A stretch of 64,000 nt of DNA from positions 3,658,001-3,722,000 of the forward strand of contig JAUPSS010000002.1 in NCBI GenBank assembly GCA_040285825.1, read 5' to 3'. Of the stretch, positions 22,208 through 34,226 are shown piece after piece. Source of the DNA: Eukaryota sp. TZLM1-RC. Taxonomy: Eukaryota > Protista > Metamonada: BaSk clade. The notes under the pieces are model-generated. The model had not been told where the DNA came from and made no database searches. It saw only the letters and a list, made by a program, of their open reading frames with translations. Both the position numbers and the translations under genes were made by a program. How positions within the stretch are numbered: position 1 is the stretch's first letter; every line of letters begins with the position of its first letter.

Positions 22208-25200
22208 ATGTCTGAAGTGGGAGAGACTGTTCTATATGCCGATCTAGGCTCAGATAGACTTCTATCAGAGCTACAACACAGTTGTAGTAATGACCAACGC
22301 ACTATTCTCCAGGTTTTAGAAGGACGATGTTCTGAATCACAAACCATAGTTCCTGTTTTAGCCTCTTTCCTCACCCGTGGGTTAATACATCCGATCCGTT
22401 ATGCTCATAACCTGCTTTCTAATCTTTTGCGTTCAGATTCTTCTTCAATATCACTCCTCTATTCCACCATACGTCCTACCGCCAACGCAATCTCCAAGTC
22501 TCCTGCCACTTCGGCCTTTCCCTCCAGACTGCTCCATCTTGCATCACTCCCTCTGCCCTCTCTCACCATGGATAACATTTCACCCATTATTGACGATGTT
22601 GTTTTCTGTCTTGGTAGTGTTGGCTATATCTATGGTTACAAAATGGACATAAAGTCCTCTGATAAAGCCATGCGGCATCTTGATTCAGTCAAGAGTTATT
22701 TCAAGTCTGCCGATTACGACCTTTTGAATTACGTGATTGATCACGTCATGAAGGGGCTCAAAAATAATCCCAAATTGATTGGCATTTTGATTTCTTGCTT
22801 GGGAATTATTTCCTTTTTTAAACCCCAATTTACCTCAGTTTTGGAAGTCTATCTCAATTACTTGCTATTTCCCCAAAAATCTACAATCCCTGTATTTTCT
22901 CTGTTCAGACCAATCATTCAATCAAATTTGATTGATTGTGACTGGGTTGCCGAAAACGTTTTGGGCCAAAATTTCGCTAGAATGAAGTTGAGAGCTCCAG
23001 AAATTGTTGGGAAAACTATTCCGAAATTTTTGAACGATTGCGTACTTGATTTGTCTGGATTACAATCACTTGAGGGTTTGATTAACTTTGGTTTCAGTTT
23101 GGTAGACAAGGAAGGTCAAAAATACCAATCATTTTCCCTATCACGTGATTTACTTTCCGTTGCATTTTTTTCCAGCCTTTTCCCCAGAATTAACCAAATT
23201 TTTGCACTTGACGGAATAATTAACCAAATTTTTGACAAATTGTCAAAAAGTCCCAACAATACAAAAGCTCTATATGCTCTTATATTAAAACAAAGTGTTG
23301 ATTACTCTGGAGTTGAGGTGACTGATTTGGAAGTTATTAGTACATTTGTATCTGAAAAATTGGCTGAGATTTTGCATAAAGAGCGGAATGTCGTGTTTCA
23401 TGTGGAAGCTATGCTTGACACCTTCAAATTTTCGTTAGCCCAGTCGAATATTTCGTCTAAACTAGAAGAGATCATAGTAGAGCTCACTCGATCAAAAATC
23501 AATAGTCATCACGTGATTATCGCCATTTGTGATGCTTTTGATGCAAATTCTTCTGAATTAAGTAGAATTTTAAGTCCTTGTTATGAATTCATCCTTGAAA
23601 ATTTCCAAAAAACTGCATTAAAGCCTGCTTACAAGTTGTTAACCCTCACTCTTGGCTGTTTATTGTCGATGATTGCAATCAATGACGATTGTAGAACTTC
23701 TTTGCTGAATGACGAAATTTTTGTTAAATTTTTAAATTTTGAATTTTTCACTGAAATTGCTGTGAACGATGATCCACACATAGTTGCCCTTTCTGTCAGT
23801 CATTTATCACGTCATATTCTGACCCGTTTGTATACAGAAGATAGGGAAACCCTATTCCAATCAGTTTCCCAAACAAATTTAATCAAAGTCCTTGCTATGC
23901 TCTTGACCAATGAAAACTTTTTCATTTCTGAATGTACCTTCAACGCGGTGAGCTGTCTGCTCAATATTTGTCCCAATCTCCACTCCCACATTCTTGCAAA
24001 ATTTTGTGATTACGTCATTGATCTTGACTCTCCAAGAAAGTCAACTGTTGTCCAAACCTTTTCTGACCTGCTGACGTTTCCTCTCTACACAATGTTTAGC
24101 TTGGATTGTTGCGTTTCCATTTTACTATTTGTTTCTTGTCATAATATTGATCCAAGTCCGCCTTCTTTTACATTTAGGTTTCTCAGGCTACGAGAAGACT
24201 TCAGTAAGAATTTGAAATATCAGTCTTACTCAAGAGTAATCAGTCAGTTGACGAGAGAGGTCACTAGTGGTAATCAGAACAGAAGCATTGCCGCTCATTC
24301 TTTGTTTAAGTGTAATGTTTTCACTTCTCTTTTACCTCAAGAAGATATAAGTAAATCAATCAAATATTTGATTATTGAACCCCTATCGACAATTCAAGAT
24401 GTGGAATTCTTACTTTCTTCTCATGATGTTCTTTTTTACCAATATTCGGAGTTGGAAGTTCCTTTAAAAGAGTTGAGTAAACGTGGCATAACTGAGTGGA
24501 AAGAGTTGGATACTAAATCTAGAAATATTTACGCGCAAAAGTTGGAATTAGAGGCTCAAAAAAGACGTGAAATGAGATTGATTGTCGATGATTGTTTTGG
24601 ACTGTTGAAATTGATTGAAAGTTTTGCCATTGGTTTCCGGAAACAATCACTCATTTTCCCTTGTAACGAACTCCTCACTGTCCTTTTTAATTTATGCCAA
24701 TCAAAATTGATTGAAATTCGTGAGCTTGCCGCCAAAATTTTGCATTTATTGAGTCTTTTTGTTCCTTATACCATAGTAGAAGCTTCTATAAGAACTCAGT
24801 TTGCGGTTGCTCTTAATTCTACACAAAACATAAACTCTGAGGAAAGAGGCATTAATCATCCCCAGTTAACTTCGACATTATTGATTGATTCACTGGTTAC
24901 CTTGTCTGGAAAGGATATTTCTTTTGATGACGTTACTTGCTTGTTCTATGGTCTTCCGCTTATTTCTTTGCTGGTCAAGAGTCATAGTGACGATAGATTT
25001 TTGAACGTTCAAAATGCATTAACCACAAACCAATCACTTTCCCTTGCTAGACAGACACTCTTGAAATTTTCAGAGTCACAGCACATGAGCTTTCCTTTTT
25101 CAATCATTTCTGATCTGTTGATTGATTGCTTCATCTCTACCAAACTTCCTGCATATTCGGAGGCTCTGTGCACAGTAATCAGTAAATCTGATTACCAATC

Positions 25201-28200
25201 AATGACGTCTCTGGTCAAGTTTATGACTCATGATGACGTGGAGGTACGCAGATGTGTTTTACAAGCAATTTTAAGTTTACCAAAAGAATTATTCAAAAGT
25301 GCAGAACTTACAAATGAAATGAATTCATTTGATCTTCCCTCAATTAATCCACCTATCCATTTTAACGCTTTTATTTTGAGCCATGATGACGTGGCAGACG
25401 ACGCGATAGAAGAGCTTAAGGTTAAAAATTTGGCAGTACAATTATTTGAATTACTCCCTTGGAATAGGAACTTCTTTGACCGAAAAAGAAACCGCTTGAC
25501 TGGGCATTTTTCTAAGTTTTTACTTGAACATTTAACTTTACCAAATGTTAGTGAATTTGAAAGGCGAATTTGTGCAAATTCTTTCATCGATCTTTTCTTT
25601 ATGAATCGAAACGAAATTCCCGAAATTTTCAATGATTTGATCTCCTCTTATCACAAATTATTCAACCAAGTTTATCCTCCTTTGAGTGACGCCGAGATGA
25701 AAACTCTTGGTCTTCCAGAATCTCAAAGACAACGTGTTCCATCACGTGTGATTTCCGATAGAACTAGTCTGTGTCGTCAATATTTGATGGTAGCCACAGG
25801 TGAGCTCTCCTCGAAATTTTCAGATTCTGACAAATTTAGTTTTCTCCAATTTCTTTTAGACAAAGCCTTAGCTGATCCTGTCAAAGAAGTTACTCAATCA
25901 GCCATATCAGCTGGATCAAAAACTGTCGAAAGTCTGTCAAAGTCTGCTGTAGATGACGTGTACACTTTGTTTTCTGAACGGTTAGAATCACTTGACCCTG
26001 ATAATAGTGACGATGATAAAACTAGAGTTGGCATTGTTGCTCTACTTGGTTCTTTAGCTTGTTTATTAGAACCAAATGACAGTCGGGTCGAGCTCATCCT
26101 ATCAAATCTGATGGACGCTTTGTTAACCCCAAGTGCTTTTGTCCAGCGCACAGTGTGTCAGACCTTACCTAATGTTGTGGGGCTAATCTCAAAGGACCAG
26201 CATTTAGTTGTGTACCAGCAGTTGTTGGAGAACCTACAAGGTGATTCATTTGGTCAGCGTAAAGGTGGTGCTTTTGGTCTAGCTGGTCTGGTAAAAGGAC
26301 TGGGGGTACGGTCACTCAAGGAATTTGGGTTGATTGACACGTTGAATAAAATGATCCAAAGCGAGGATAAACTTTCTAGAGAGGCTGTTTTGATGGTTTT
26401 GGAATGTCTTTCTGATTCATTAGGCAAGGTATTTGAGCCCTACATCATCCCTTTCATCCCAAAGCTTTTGTCTACACTATCTGATACTTCTCCTGAAGTC
26501 AGAGAGGCAGCATTGTCCACGTCAGCAGTTGTTGTCAAACAAATCTCTATTCCTGGTGTTAAGCTTATCTTACCATCATTAATAGATGGTTTGCTGGCTC
26601 AATTATGGAGGACAAAGGTTGGTGCGACCACTCTTATCAAGACTTTTGTGGAAGTCGCACCACGTCAGATTGCCACGTCATTACCGGAAATCATTCCAAA
26701 ATTAGCAAACCTTGTTGTTGACCCCCACGTGAGAGTTGCCGAATCTGCTGAGTCTTGCTTGAAGCAAATTTCCGACATCATCACCGCTGTTGATCTAAAA
26801 CCTCTCTCTTCGACTCTTATTGATGCAATCTGCCACCCTGCAGATAAAACTGGTTTAGCGCTTTCCCGACTGGCTTCTGCAGCATTAGAATCATCTATAG
26901 ACGCTCCTTCTCTATCATTACTAATTCCAATTATTTTCAGAGGAATGGGTAGCAGATCATTTGAAGCAAAGAAAAATTCTTGTATAGTCTCAACCAGTGT
27001 TGTTCAGTTAACCTCCTCAAAGGACATTTTACCCTATGTAGCAGGTCTAATTGAGGAGCTCAAAAAGGTTATTATCGACCCTATTCCCCAAGTTCGTTCT
27101 GCTTCTGCTTCGCTCTGTTACAGTTTATGCAAACGGGTCTCCATTTCATCAGTTTCCACATTATTAGAATGGTGTCTTAACGGGCTGAACACTGACTCCC
27201 TTCCTGTTGTTCGTAATGGTAGTGCTCAGGCTTATGCAGCTCTAATCTCTGCAGGAGGTAGAAAAGTTCTAGAGGAGAGTATTCCTGAAATTTTGAGCCG
27301 TATTTCTGACCCTGACACGTCATCAATCAGTCGAGATGGTAATGTTCAGGTCATCATGTTCATTCCACCGCATTATTCAAGCAAGAAATTCTCCCGTTAC
27401 GTAGGAGATGTTTTGGCCCCAATTACTATGTCCTTCCAAAACGAAGCCGAGTTTGTGCGAGATTCTGCGATTAAAGCATTTAGGTCGCTCACCAAACTCT
27501 ACGTCGCACCTCAAAGTCCATTTATATCACTATTTCTGCGTGCACTGTCTAGTTCTTTGATCCATTACAATTGGAGATCGAGGGTTTGCGCAGCTAATGT
27601 TGTTATTGATTTACTGCTTGCTTTGGGTAATCTCAAACTCAAGAGAGAATCTGAATCACAGGAGATTTCTCTTCCTGATCATGAAGTTGCAATTATAGAA
27701 AAGTCAATGGGAAGGACAGACTATCTCTCGGTCATGGCTCGATTACTCTTCATTAAATGTGACTACAACCCAGTCGTCCGTCAGGTGGCCACCAACGTTT
27801 GGAAAGCGCTTGTTCGTAATACAGGAAGGATCATCAAGTTTATTTTTCCCACTTTTGTAGCTGAGGTCCTGCTTCCTTATTTAGGTGAGGATAGGGGAGA
27901 TGTTAGGCAAACTCTGGTTTCAGTGTTGCATGAAATTTGTTTGAAATTTCACGAAGAATTGTTTTTGGTTATTTTGCCACCATTATTGGATTATCTCGCA
28001 TCGGATCAATCAACTGCAAGAGAACTTGTTGGAGCGGCAACCATGGTGTCTACAGTGATCTCCAATGTCACGTCACCTGAGGTCAATATTGCATTGACTC
28101 AATCAAATTTGATTTCGGCTCTCCAAACAAATCTATCTCATTCTAATCCCGCTGTAAGGAAAGCTACAGCAAATGCCACGTCAGCAGTTATTTCTAGAGT

Positions 28201-30181
28201 GGGCGAGTCTGGGGCTAAGATGATATTACCAGATCTCCTCAAGAGAATACAACTTTCAGAAGACGAAAATGAAAAGAAAGTTGCCATTTCGGCTTTATCT
28301 GACCTGCTTTCCGAAAACGTTTCTTTACTAGACGGCCTAGTCCCTGAACTACTCAATAACCCCAGTAATGACAATTTAGAAGCTTTGGCTGCTCTGGTGA
28401 GAGTTGCGGAGAGTAACTATTTGAATTATTTGGAACAAACAGTGTTGACGCTTGTAAATTTTGTGGGTTTTGATCCCAGTTCGCTAAAGCAAAGTGCGCT
28501 AACTTATTTGGATTCAAAGAGAAACAGTATTGAATTGGTTACTGCTGTTTTTAATTCAGTTTCTCCATTTATTTGTGATACTTTGGTTTCGTTGTTTTAT
28601 AAATGTTTGGACTCTGAAAATATTAAGAAAAGAATTGGTGCTTGTCTTGTTATGAAGAATTATCACGTTCCTGTAGACGTCGTTGGGTCGTTGGAGGTCA
28701 ATTGGCAACGTCATCATTTGATTAATGATCTTTTACGTGGACTTTTCCCTCTTTTATCTTCTAGAATTGAGTTTGTTCGTGAAATTGCCTTAGATTCTCT
28801 CACATCACATTTGAAACCAATTCAGAAGGACAATTCCAATCATTTGGTTACTGTTATTGATTGTCTTTCAGTTTTAATAACCGGAAACATTGACAATGTG
28901 ACTGGCAAAGTTGACGTCATCAACAATGTCAACGCCATCCGATCATTTATCCACGTCATCACTGCTGGACTTTTATCGACTGAAGATCACAGAATAAGAG
29001 CTTCTAATTTCATTTATGAACTTTCTCAGGTTGTTGATCCGGTCAATTTAAAACCATTCTTGATGGGAATTGGTGGACCCTTAATTCGAAATATTTCAGA
29101 AAGTCATCCATTTGATCTCTACGTGTCAGTTCTGACGACTTTGAGATCAATTCTGCTCACCAATGGTACATCCCTCAGAGCTTTTATAGGCCCACTCCAA
29201 ACTGCTATTATCAAGCCGTTATCACATGCAAATTCAAAATCAAGGAAGGCGGCAATCAAAGTGATTGAATCAGCAATGCCGTATGCCATGAGAGTGGATC
29301 CTTTTGTTAATGAACTCTGTACACGTGTCACATCATCGGAGTACACGTCATCAATCAAAAATGATTATCTTGCAGCCTTATCAACTGTAATTTACACTGT
29401 TGGCGGTAAAGTGTCTGAAGCTGGTCGAAAACTTTGCCTATCAATTCTTCTTGATCATGTAACGGATCAACAATTGGGAAAATCAGCAGCAATTTGCATG
29501 GCCAGTTACTTATGCTCTGCAAAATCTCCTGAATTCGAGGACTTGATGAACGAATTAGTTCTTGATCCTGTATTTGGAGCAACAGTTTCAATTTCGGACC
29601 ATTCGATTGTTTGTCAAAATTATCTAATTTCCCATTTATTGCGTTTAAGTTTCACTTTAGACGTCAATTACCTATCAAAAATCGTTCATCTTTTGTTAGA
29701 TAGGAGCGTCAGTGATAATGAAAATGTTCGAAATTCTGTGGCTAATGCACTTGGTTTTCTCTTAAACCATTCTAATGCAAGGGATTTATGTAATGTTGGT
29801 GTTGACCTTTCCGAGGTCTGTGCCACTCTTGCCATCTTAATGACTGATGATTTATCGATTATTCGTCAAACTGCTTTATTATCGTGTTATAGAGTTTGTC
29901 TACACAACTGTGATCTAATTCAGTCTAAAATTAATTTGTTTTTGCCAGCTCTGCTGCCAGCCATTCAGGTCAGAAATCCTGAACAACGCCGTCGAGCTGA
30001 GTTGACATTATGCATGGTATTAGAAACTGATAAGGGACCAGACAAAATTGATAGCTTGGTAGGAGTAGTTTCTGAGGAAAATGTTACTGCAGTGAAATTC
30101 TATTATGAAAAAGTTTTATCGAAAATTAATTTGGAAGGCTTGGGGGACGTTGATAGTGACACTGAAAATAGGAATTTGTAG
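22208..30181 (+). CDS. GCN1: GCN1 (eIF2-alpha kinase GCN2 activator, HEAT repeats)
   Basis: About 2657 aa of HEAT repeats with GCN1 motifs ALLTPSAFVQ, RKGGAFGLAGLVKGLG, LGKVFEPYI, PGVKLILPSL...WRTK, IDAPSLSLLIPI, DPIPQVR, GPLIR. ATG at 22208. Confidence 0.95.
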   Translation: MSEVGETVLYADLGSDRLLSELQHSCSNDQRTILQVLEGRCSESQTIVPVLASFLTRGLIHPIRYAHNLLSNLLRSDSSSISLLYSTIRPTANAISKSPATSAFPSRLLHLASLPLPSLTMDNISPIIDDVVFCLGSVGYIYGYKMDIKSSDKAMRHLDSVKSYFKSADYDLLNYVIDHVMKGLKNNPKLIGILISCLGIISFFKPQFTSVLEVYLNYLLFPQKSTIPVFSLFRPIIQSNLIDCDWVAENVLGQNFARMKLRAPEIVGKTIPKFLNDCVLDLSGLQSLEGLINFGFSLVDKEGQKYQSFSLSRDLLSVAFFSSLFPRINQIFALDGIINQIFDKLSKSPNNTKALYALILKQSVDYSGVEVTDLEVISTFVSEKLAEILHKERNVVFHVEAMLDTFKFSLAQSNISSKLEEIIVELTRSKINSHHVIIAICDAFDANSSELSRILSPCYEFILENFQKTALKPAYKLLTLTLGCLLSMIAINDDCRTSLLNDEIFVKFLNFEFFTEIAVNDDPHIVALSVSHLSRHILTRLYTEDRETLFQSVSQTNLIKVLAMLLTNENFFISECTFNAVSCLLNICPNLHSHILAKFCDYVIDLDSPRKSTVVQTFSDLLTFPLYTMFSLDCCVSILLFVSCHNIDPSPPSFTFRFLRLREDFSKNLKYQSYSRVISQLTREVTSGNQNRSIAAHSLFKCNVFTSLLPQEDISKSIKYLIIEPLSTIQDVEFLLSSHDVLFYQYSELEVPLKELSKRGITEWKELDTKSRNIYAQKLELEAQKRREMRLIVDDCFGLLKLIESFAIGFRKQSLIFPCNELLTVLFNLCQSKLIEIRELAAKILHLLSLFVPYTIVEASIRTQFAVALNSTQNINSEERGINHPQLTSTLLIDSLVTLSGKDISFDDVTCLFYGLPLISLLVKSHSDDRFLNVQNALTTNQSLSLARQTLLKFSESQHMSFPFSIISDLLIDCFISTKLPAYSEALCTVISKSDYQSMTSLVKFMTHDDVEVRRCVLQAILSLPKELFKSAELTNEMNSFDLPSINPPIHFNAFILSHDDVADDAIEELKVKNLAVQLFELLPWNRNFFDRKRNRLTGHFSKFLLEHLTLPNVSEFERRICANSFIDLFFMNRNEIPEIFNDLISSYHKLFNQVYPPLSDAEMKTLGLPESQRQRVPSRVISDRTSLCRQYLMVATGELSSKFSDSDKFSFLQFLLDKALADPVKEVTQSAISAGSKTVESLSKSAVDDVYTLFSERLESLDPDNSDDDKTRVGIVALLGSLACLLEPNDSRVELILSNLMDALLTPSAFVQRTVCQTLPNVVGLISKDQHLVVYQQLLENLQGDSFGQRKGGAFGLAGLVKGLGVRSLKEFGLIDTLNKMIQSEDKLSREAVLMVLECLSDSLGKVFEPYIIPFIPKLLSTLSDTSPEVREAALSTSAVVVKQISIPGVKLILPSLIDGLLAQLWRTKVGATTLIKTFVEVAPRQIATSLPEIIPKLANLVVDPHVRVAESAESCLKQISDIITAVDLKPLSSTLIDAICHPADKTGLALSRLASAALESSIDAPSLSLLIPIIFRGMGSRSFEAKKNSCIVSTSVVQLTSSKDILPYVAGLIEELKKVIIDPIPQVRSASASLCYSLCKRVSISSVSTLLEWCLNGLNTDSLPVVRNGSAQAYAALISAGGRKVLEESIPEILSRISDPDTSSISRDGNVQVIMFIPPHYSSKKFSRYVGDVLAPITMSFQNEAEFVRDSAIKAFRSLTKLYVAPQSPFISLFLRALSSSLIHYNWRSRVCAANVVIDLLLALGNLKLKRESESQEISLPDHEVAIIEKSMGRTDYLSVMARLLFIKCDYNPVVRQVATNVWKALVRNTGRIIKFIFPTFVAEVLLPYLGEDRGDVRQTLVSVLHEICLKFHEELFLVILPPLLDYLASDQSTARELVGAATMVSTVISNVTSPEVNIALTQSNLISALQTNLSHSNPAVRKATANATSAVISRVGESGAKMILPDLLKRIQLSEDENEKKVAISALSDLLSENVSLLDGLVPELLNNPSNDNLEALAALVRVAESNYLNYLEQTVLTLVNFVGFDPSSLKQSALTYLDSKRNSIELVTAVFNSVSPFICDTLVSLFYKCLDSENIKKRIGACLVMKNYHVPVDVVGSLEVNWQRHHLINDLLRGLFPLLSSRIEFVREIALDSLTSHLKPIQKDNSNHLVTVIDCLSVLITGNIDNVTGKVDVINNVNAIRSFIHVITAGLLSTEDHRIRASNFIYELSQVVDPVNLKPFLMGIGGPLIRNISESHPFDLYVSVLTTLRSILLTNGTSLRAFIGPLQTAIIKPLSHANSKSRKAAIKVIESAMPYAMRVDPFVNELCTRVTSSEYTSSIKNDYLAALSTVIYTVGGKVSEAGRKLCLSILLDHVTDQQLGKSAAICMASYLCSAKSPEFEDLMNELVLDPVFGATVSISDHSIVCQNYLISHLLRLSFTLDVNYLSKIVHLLLDRSVSDNENVRNSVANALGFLLNHSNARDLCNVGVDLSEVCATLAILMTDDLSIIRQTALLSCYRVCLHNCDLIQSKINLFLPALLPAIQVRNPEQRRRAELTLCMVLETDKGPDKIDSLVGVVSEENVTAVKFYYEKVLSKINLEGLGDVDSDTENRNL

Positions 30182-30559
30182 TTTTCTGTGAATTATATTC
30201 ATTTTTTATAAATTGTTTTGTTTTATATCTTTATGAAATGTCGAAAATGAATAAGAAGATCTCAAGAAGGTCAATCATCTCCATGAAATCAATGAAATCA
30301 TCCAATAACTCATCACAGACAACAACAAATTTAATGACTCGTGCCCATTATTACGTGAGATGAATATGATGTTTGGATTAATTTTGTAACCCTTTGCGTT
30401 TTGTCAAACTCTTTGCGATTAATTCAATCAATACAAATAGCAAATACACTTCTCAAATACCACATTTTCAAAATTTGTCTTTCCAACACGAGTTCTCTGC
30501 AATGCTTAACCTTATAACAGTTTGTCTTTGTTGTTTGTACACAAAATGAATAAATGTAT

Positions 30560-31475
30560 TATTGCCCAAGTACCTTTTTTTATATAAAGAAATGGAAATG
30601 AAGAAAAAACTCGAAAAATAACAGAAATTGATTCTTACAAGAGCGAATGACCAAAATGCATAAATTTAATTTTCTTGACAATTCATGCAGCTCCGCTGTT
30701 TTAGATCAAGACCTTCATTAATTACCATTAGGAAAAGGTGTGTGCAAGAACAAGTCATCGGATTCATCATTAATTGTCACCATTGTGACATGAAGATTGT
30801 CTTTGTGTGGTTACAATGCAGCTTTTGTAACAAAAATGAGATTCTATCTAAATATCCCTATTGACCAATTTCTATATAAAAAAATGTATTTGTTCTATTT
30901 CATCACAGCTCTCCTTACGTCAAAGATTATGCTTTAAATCGTCACAAACTGATAATTTTTTGTTTTTCATTACCTGATGCTGCCAGGGATACTGCTTTCA
31001 ACATGGCAATCAATGCAAAAATCTGATAAATCAAAGGGAATATGCTTAGAGAAACACTGTCTTTAAACAAGTTTGGTTCTGATGAGGGAGATGATATTTA
31101 CTGCGATTGGATTTAGAATCCTGAAATTATTGCTGGTTTCTCAAAGAAGATATCGAAGAAGCTAATGCTAATAGAAAATGACCGCTTGCCTTTATTGTTT
31201 TGCCATTTTTTATTAACAGAAGACTATCAGTAGAAGTAGGAATTATTTTGAATGATATCTCAAAATTGGTTTTATTAAACATGAAGAAAATTGATGTTTT
31301 TTGTAAAGGTCGAAAAAGTGCTATAATTAATAAATAACATGATTTTCTTTTATCGAAAACAGGATGCAATGGCAAGAATCCAGGCAGATCAGGATTTTGT
31401 AGATGAAATCTTAGTTAATTGGATTTAGTCCCTCTGGATTTGATCAAATTTTCTTCAGTGTTGTAGATCAATAAA
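30560..31475 (+). mobile_element. RLE non-LTR retrotransposon remnant (family 2)
   Basis: Nucleotide similarity to the 18.5-19.4 kb and 9.3-9.9 kb copies (tttgtaacaaaaatgagatt...agagaaacactgtc...gcagatcaggattttgtaga). Confidence 0.8.
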
Positions 31476-32539
31476 ACAACGTAAACACCGATTGTAAAAA
31501 CTCTCTATCTGTAAAAAACTCTCTATCTGTATTTTGCAGGTTAGTTTTTGATCATTTGAGGTTAGTGTTTGATCTTTAAGTTTCAACTTGCTCACTTTAG
31601 AGTTTGAAAATTGCTGAACATTAGAGTTACATTAGAGATGCCTCTTTGACATAAATTTCCAATCGATTACACTAATGTCAGATTTTGGTCGGAATTGAGG
31701 GTCATAGTGAATTTGTCACACCAATTACATGAATTTAGAGGTGAGATTGTCATTGGACTTGGCATTGTGGAATGAATTTCCTCATTTGATCTTACCATTG
31801 CCACATGGAAATGGAAGCAGAACACAGTCCATTTTGCCAAATCTTTTGAAAGTAAATTTTTAAACCTCATAAATCCTGTCGACAATGATCCGTTGTGCCC
31901 TTTTTGCCTGGCTGGCTTTACTGCTTATTGTGGTCTCTGGTGATCCTGTGTACACTTTGATTGTCAGAAATGCCAACTCTTGGTACGATTTTCATTACAA
32001 AGACACCATTACTGTTTCTGGTGCCAGTATGTTGTTGTTGATATCGATCTTACTGTAGTTGCTTGGAAAGGTGGAAAACCTGGCAACATTGGTGCGGGGA
32101 AAACTGTATCTTACCGTTTCTTTGACGCGGGTCAGTTCATTCAACCGAGAGAAAACACTCTCGTATCCGTAGTATGGGTTACACACAGTTTGTCTCGTTA
32201 AGGTTCTAATTCTAGCCATGTTCGGCAACCCCAAAGAAACCATATCTATGGACATCAGCATGGATGAAAGAGGATGGTTGACCAACTTTGATTGTTCAAT
32301 CGAGGACCCATCGTCCCATTTTCATCCCTGCGATGTACGTAGAGATGACAGAGAAATAACTGTGGTTGTAGACACGTCTCAGAGATGAATGTATTTGAAG
32401 TTGTTATAAACTTGTTTTCTATCAACTGTTTTTCAAAAATAATATTTTATTCTCCAAAATGAATGAGATACGATGTAAATAAAGATGATTCATTTCAATG
32501 AGAATGCTATTTTAGCGGTGCATTGAGTAAATCAAATGA

Positions 32540-32950
32540 TGCTTATGAAATTTATGGAGAACCAAAATTTATTGAAGCCTTCCATGTTGCCTTTACCTGG
32601 CATAATGATTTACCTCATAATTTCATTTGTAAATACACTCGAAAAATTACTATAACGCTGTTGAATTCGTTATACTGTAAATAGTTTATTACCTTCGGAA
32701 GCAAGGTTCTTATTGTATGTGAAAATTTTATAAAATTGACTTTTGTTTGGAGTCTTTTATATTAAATCTGTTTTATACTGATGATTCTCATTAGAATAGT
32801 GGAAGTGATGTCATATTATTTGGATTAGATGGAACCTTCATTTTATTGGATGTAATGTCTGTTGATCATTTCAATGCCTCAAATGAAAGGCGAGTTAATT
32901 CTGAAATTCATAATCCTTTTTCAAGTGCTGAAAATTTCAAAATCAAACCA
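32540..32950 (+). mobile_element. RLE non-LTR retrotransposon remnant (family 1)
   Basis: Matches 2760-3135 (gatttacctcataat...ttattggatgtaatgtctgttgatc...aattcataatcc). Confidence 0.8.
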
Positions 32951-33654
32951 ATATGTTACAAACTGCAATTTCGCAACTTTGTTTTAGAACCGTGGTGCAT
33001 GGATGTATCCTGTGTCTTTCATGATCTTGCACTTCTACACTATCAAAATGTTTCAACTCTCTGCTCTCTTACAATTGAAATAACAATAACAATATGCTTG
33101 AAATCCAATTAGTACGATTCCATACCCATCCTACTCAAATATAAATAAATGAACATGATAGGCTTCAAATATTTTGAGCTCACTCATCTATTTCCAATTG
33201 TTGCATTGAAATTCAATCATATAGTTATAAAGTAGAGTTACCGAATAGACATTGTAGATAATGATACGAAATGTTACGATTCCAAAGATTTCACAAACAC
33301 GGTATCGACAATTTCCGGAAAAGTCTTTTGAGTTTACGACAAAAACCAGTCTATGTTCCAAAAGTGAGTATTAAATTTATACTTATTTATTATTAATAAA
33401 CACAGAATCATACACTACTGCTAATACACATCATAGGATTAAGTCTTTAACAACATGAATTTCAACTTATTTTTGCCAAAATTCTGATAGCCTTCTTCTA
33501 TGTGTCTGTTACCTTAAAGCGATGGCTATTTCTCCCACTTTCAATGCGTAATATATAAATTTTGTTTTAATTAGTACAAATTGTCGAGTTCTGGTTGATG
33601 GTAACAACAGAATGACTATCCGTAACGTCTACTTACAATCCTTGGCCGTGTTCG

Positions 33655-33789
33655 TTTCTAAAGAAGCAGTGTCTGCGACCACCGAAAAATGATGAAAATA
33701 AATGTTGGGGATTATTGAGCTGTCAGGTAGACCACTGTCTGAATGGTAGAGAAAGATCATGTAGCACATGTGGTGATCATATTGATTGA
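33655..33789 (+). pseudogene. Possible Fanzor C-terminal (Zn finger) remnant
   Basis: Frame reads FLKKQCLRPPKNDENKCWGLLSCQVDHCLN, resembling FLRVTNPRFYR...CHGLLACNSESCK of the other copies. Short, with no RuvC-III motif. Confidence 0.4.
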
Positions 33790-33842
33790 ATTGAGCGATG
33801 TGCAATTTCTCAACATTCCTGATATTGGTCTACGATTAGTAT

Positions 33843-34226
33843 ATGCCACTAACCACATCTACCAAGATTGATCTTATTCCACGTATCTACAATGATCTTC
33901 TGAGTACTGCATTTGGTGATATATCAGATTTCTTGGAAAAAATTACTCAGCTGCTACCTAAGGACACAGACAGCAATGTCACACTTCATGTTTATGACGT
34001 AGTCACTACGTTGTTGTCTGAACTCACTTCCTCAGTGGCTACTGCTTCCACAGCAGCTTGTCAAGATTATGGTATAATACAGAAGCTCGCAGAGACTGAA
34101 GCTGCCGCCAATGAAGATACTGAGAGCGTTATTGTACATTCACGAGAAGTTCTGCTCAAACAACTGAAGGAGAAACATACAAGGTTACGACACGACCTAG
34201 AAGCTTATTATCAAAGTCAGCCATGA
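33843..34226 (+). CDS. Hypothetical helical protein
   Basis: Clean 127-aa ORF with host-like codon usage and an AT-rich 3' flank containing AATAAA. Confidence 0.65.
   Translation: MPLTTSTKIDLIPRIYNDLLSTAFGDISDFLEKITQLLPKDTDSNVTLHVYDVVTTLLSELTSSVATASTAACQDYGIIQKLAETEAAANEDTESVIVHSREVLLKQLKEKHTRLRHDLEAYYQSQP

Noticed and set aside
22401-29591. Short overlapping or antisense ORFs within GCN1 (likewise within IFT88, PUF and gag-pol)
   Set aside because: Shadow ORFs of long coding regions with no recognisable motifs.
33612-33747. U3-like or box C/D snoRNA (ATGATGA at 33689, CTGA at 33739, ACCA/TGGT stem)
   Set aside because: U3 box A GGATCA and box B/C are missing and the stem spacing is wrong. 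The same bases translate to a Fanzor-like CWGLLSC Zn-finger remnant, which explains them better.
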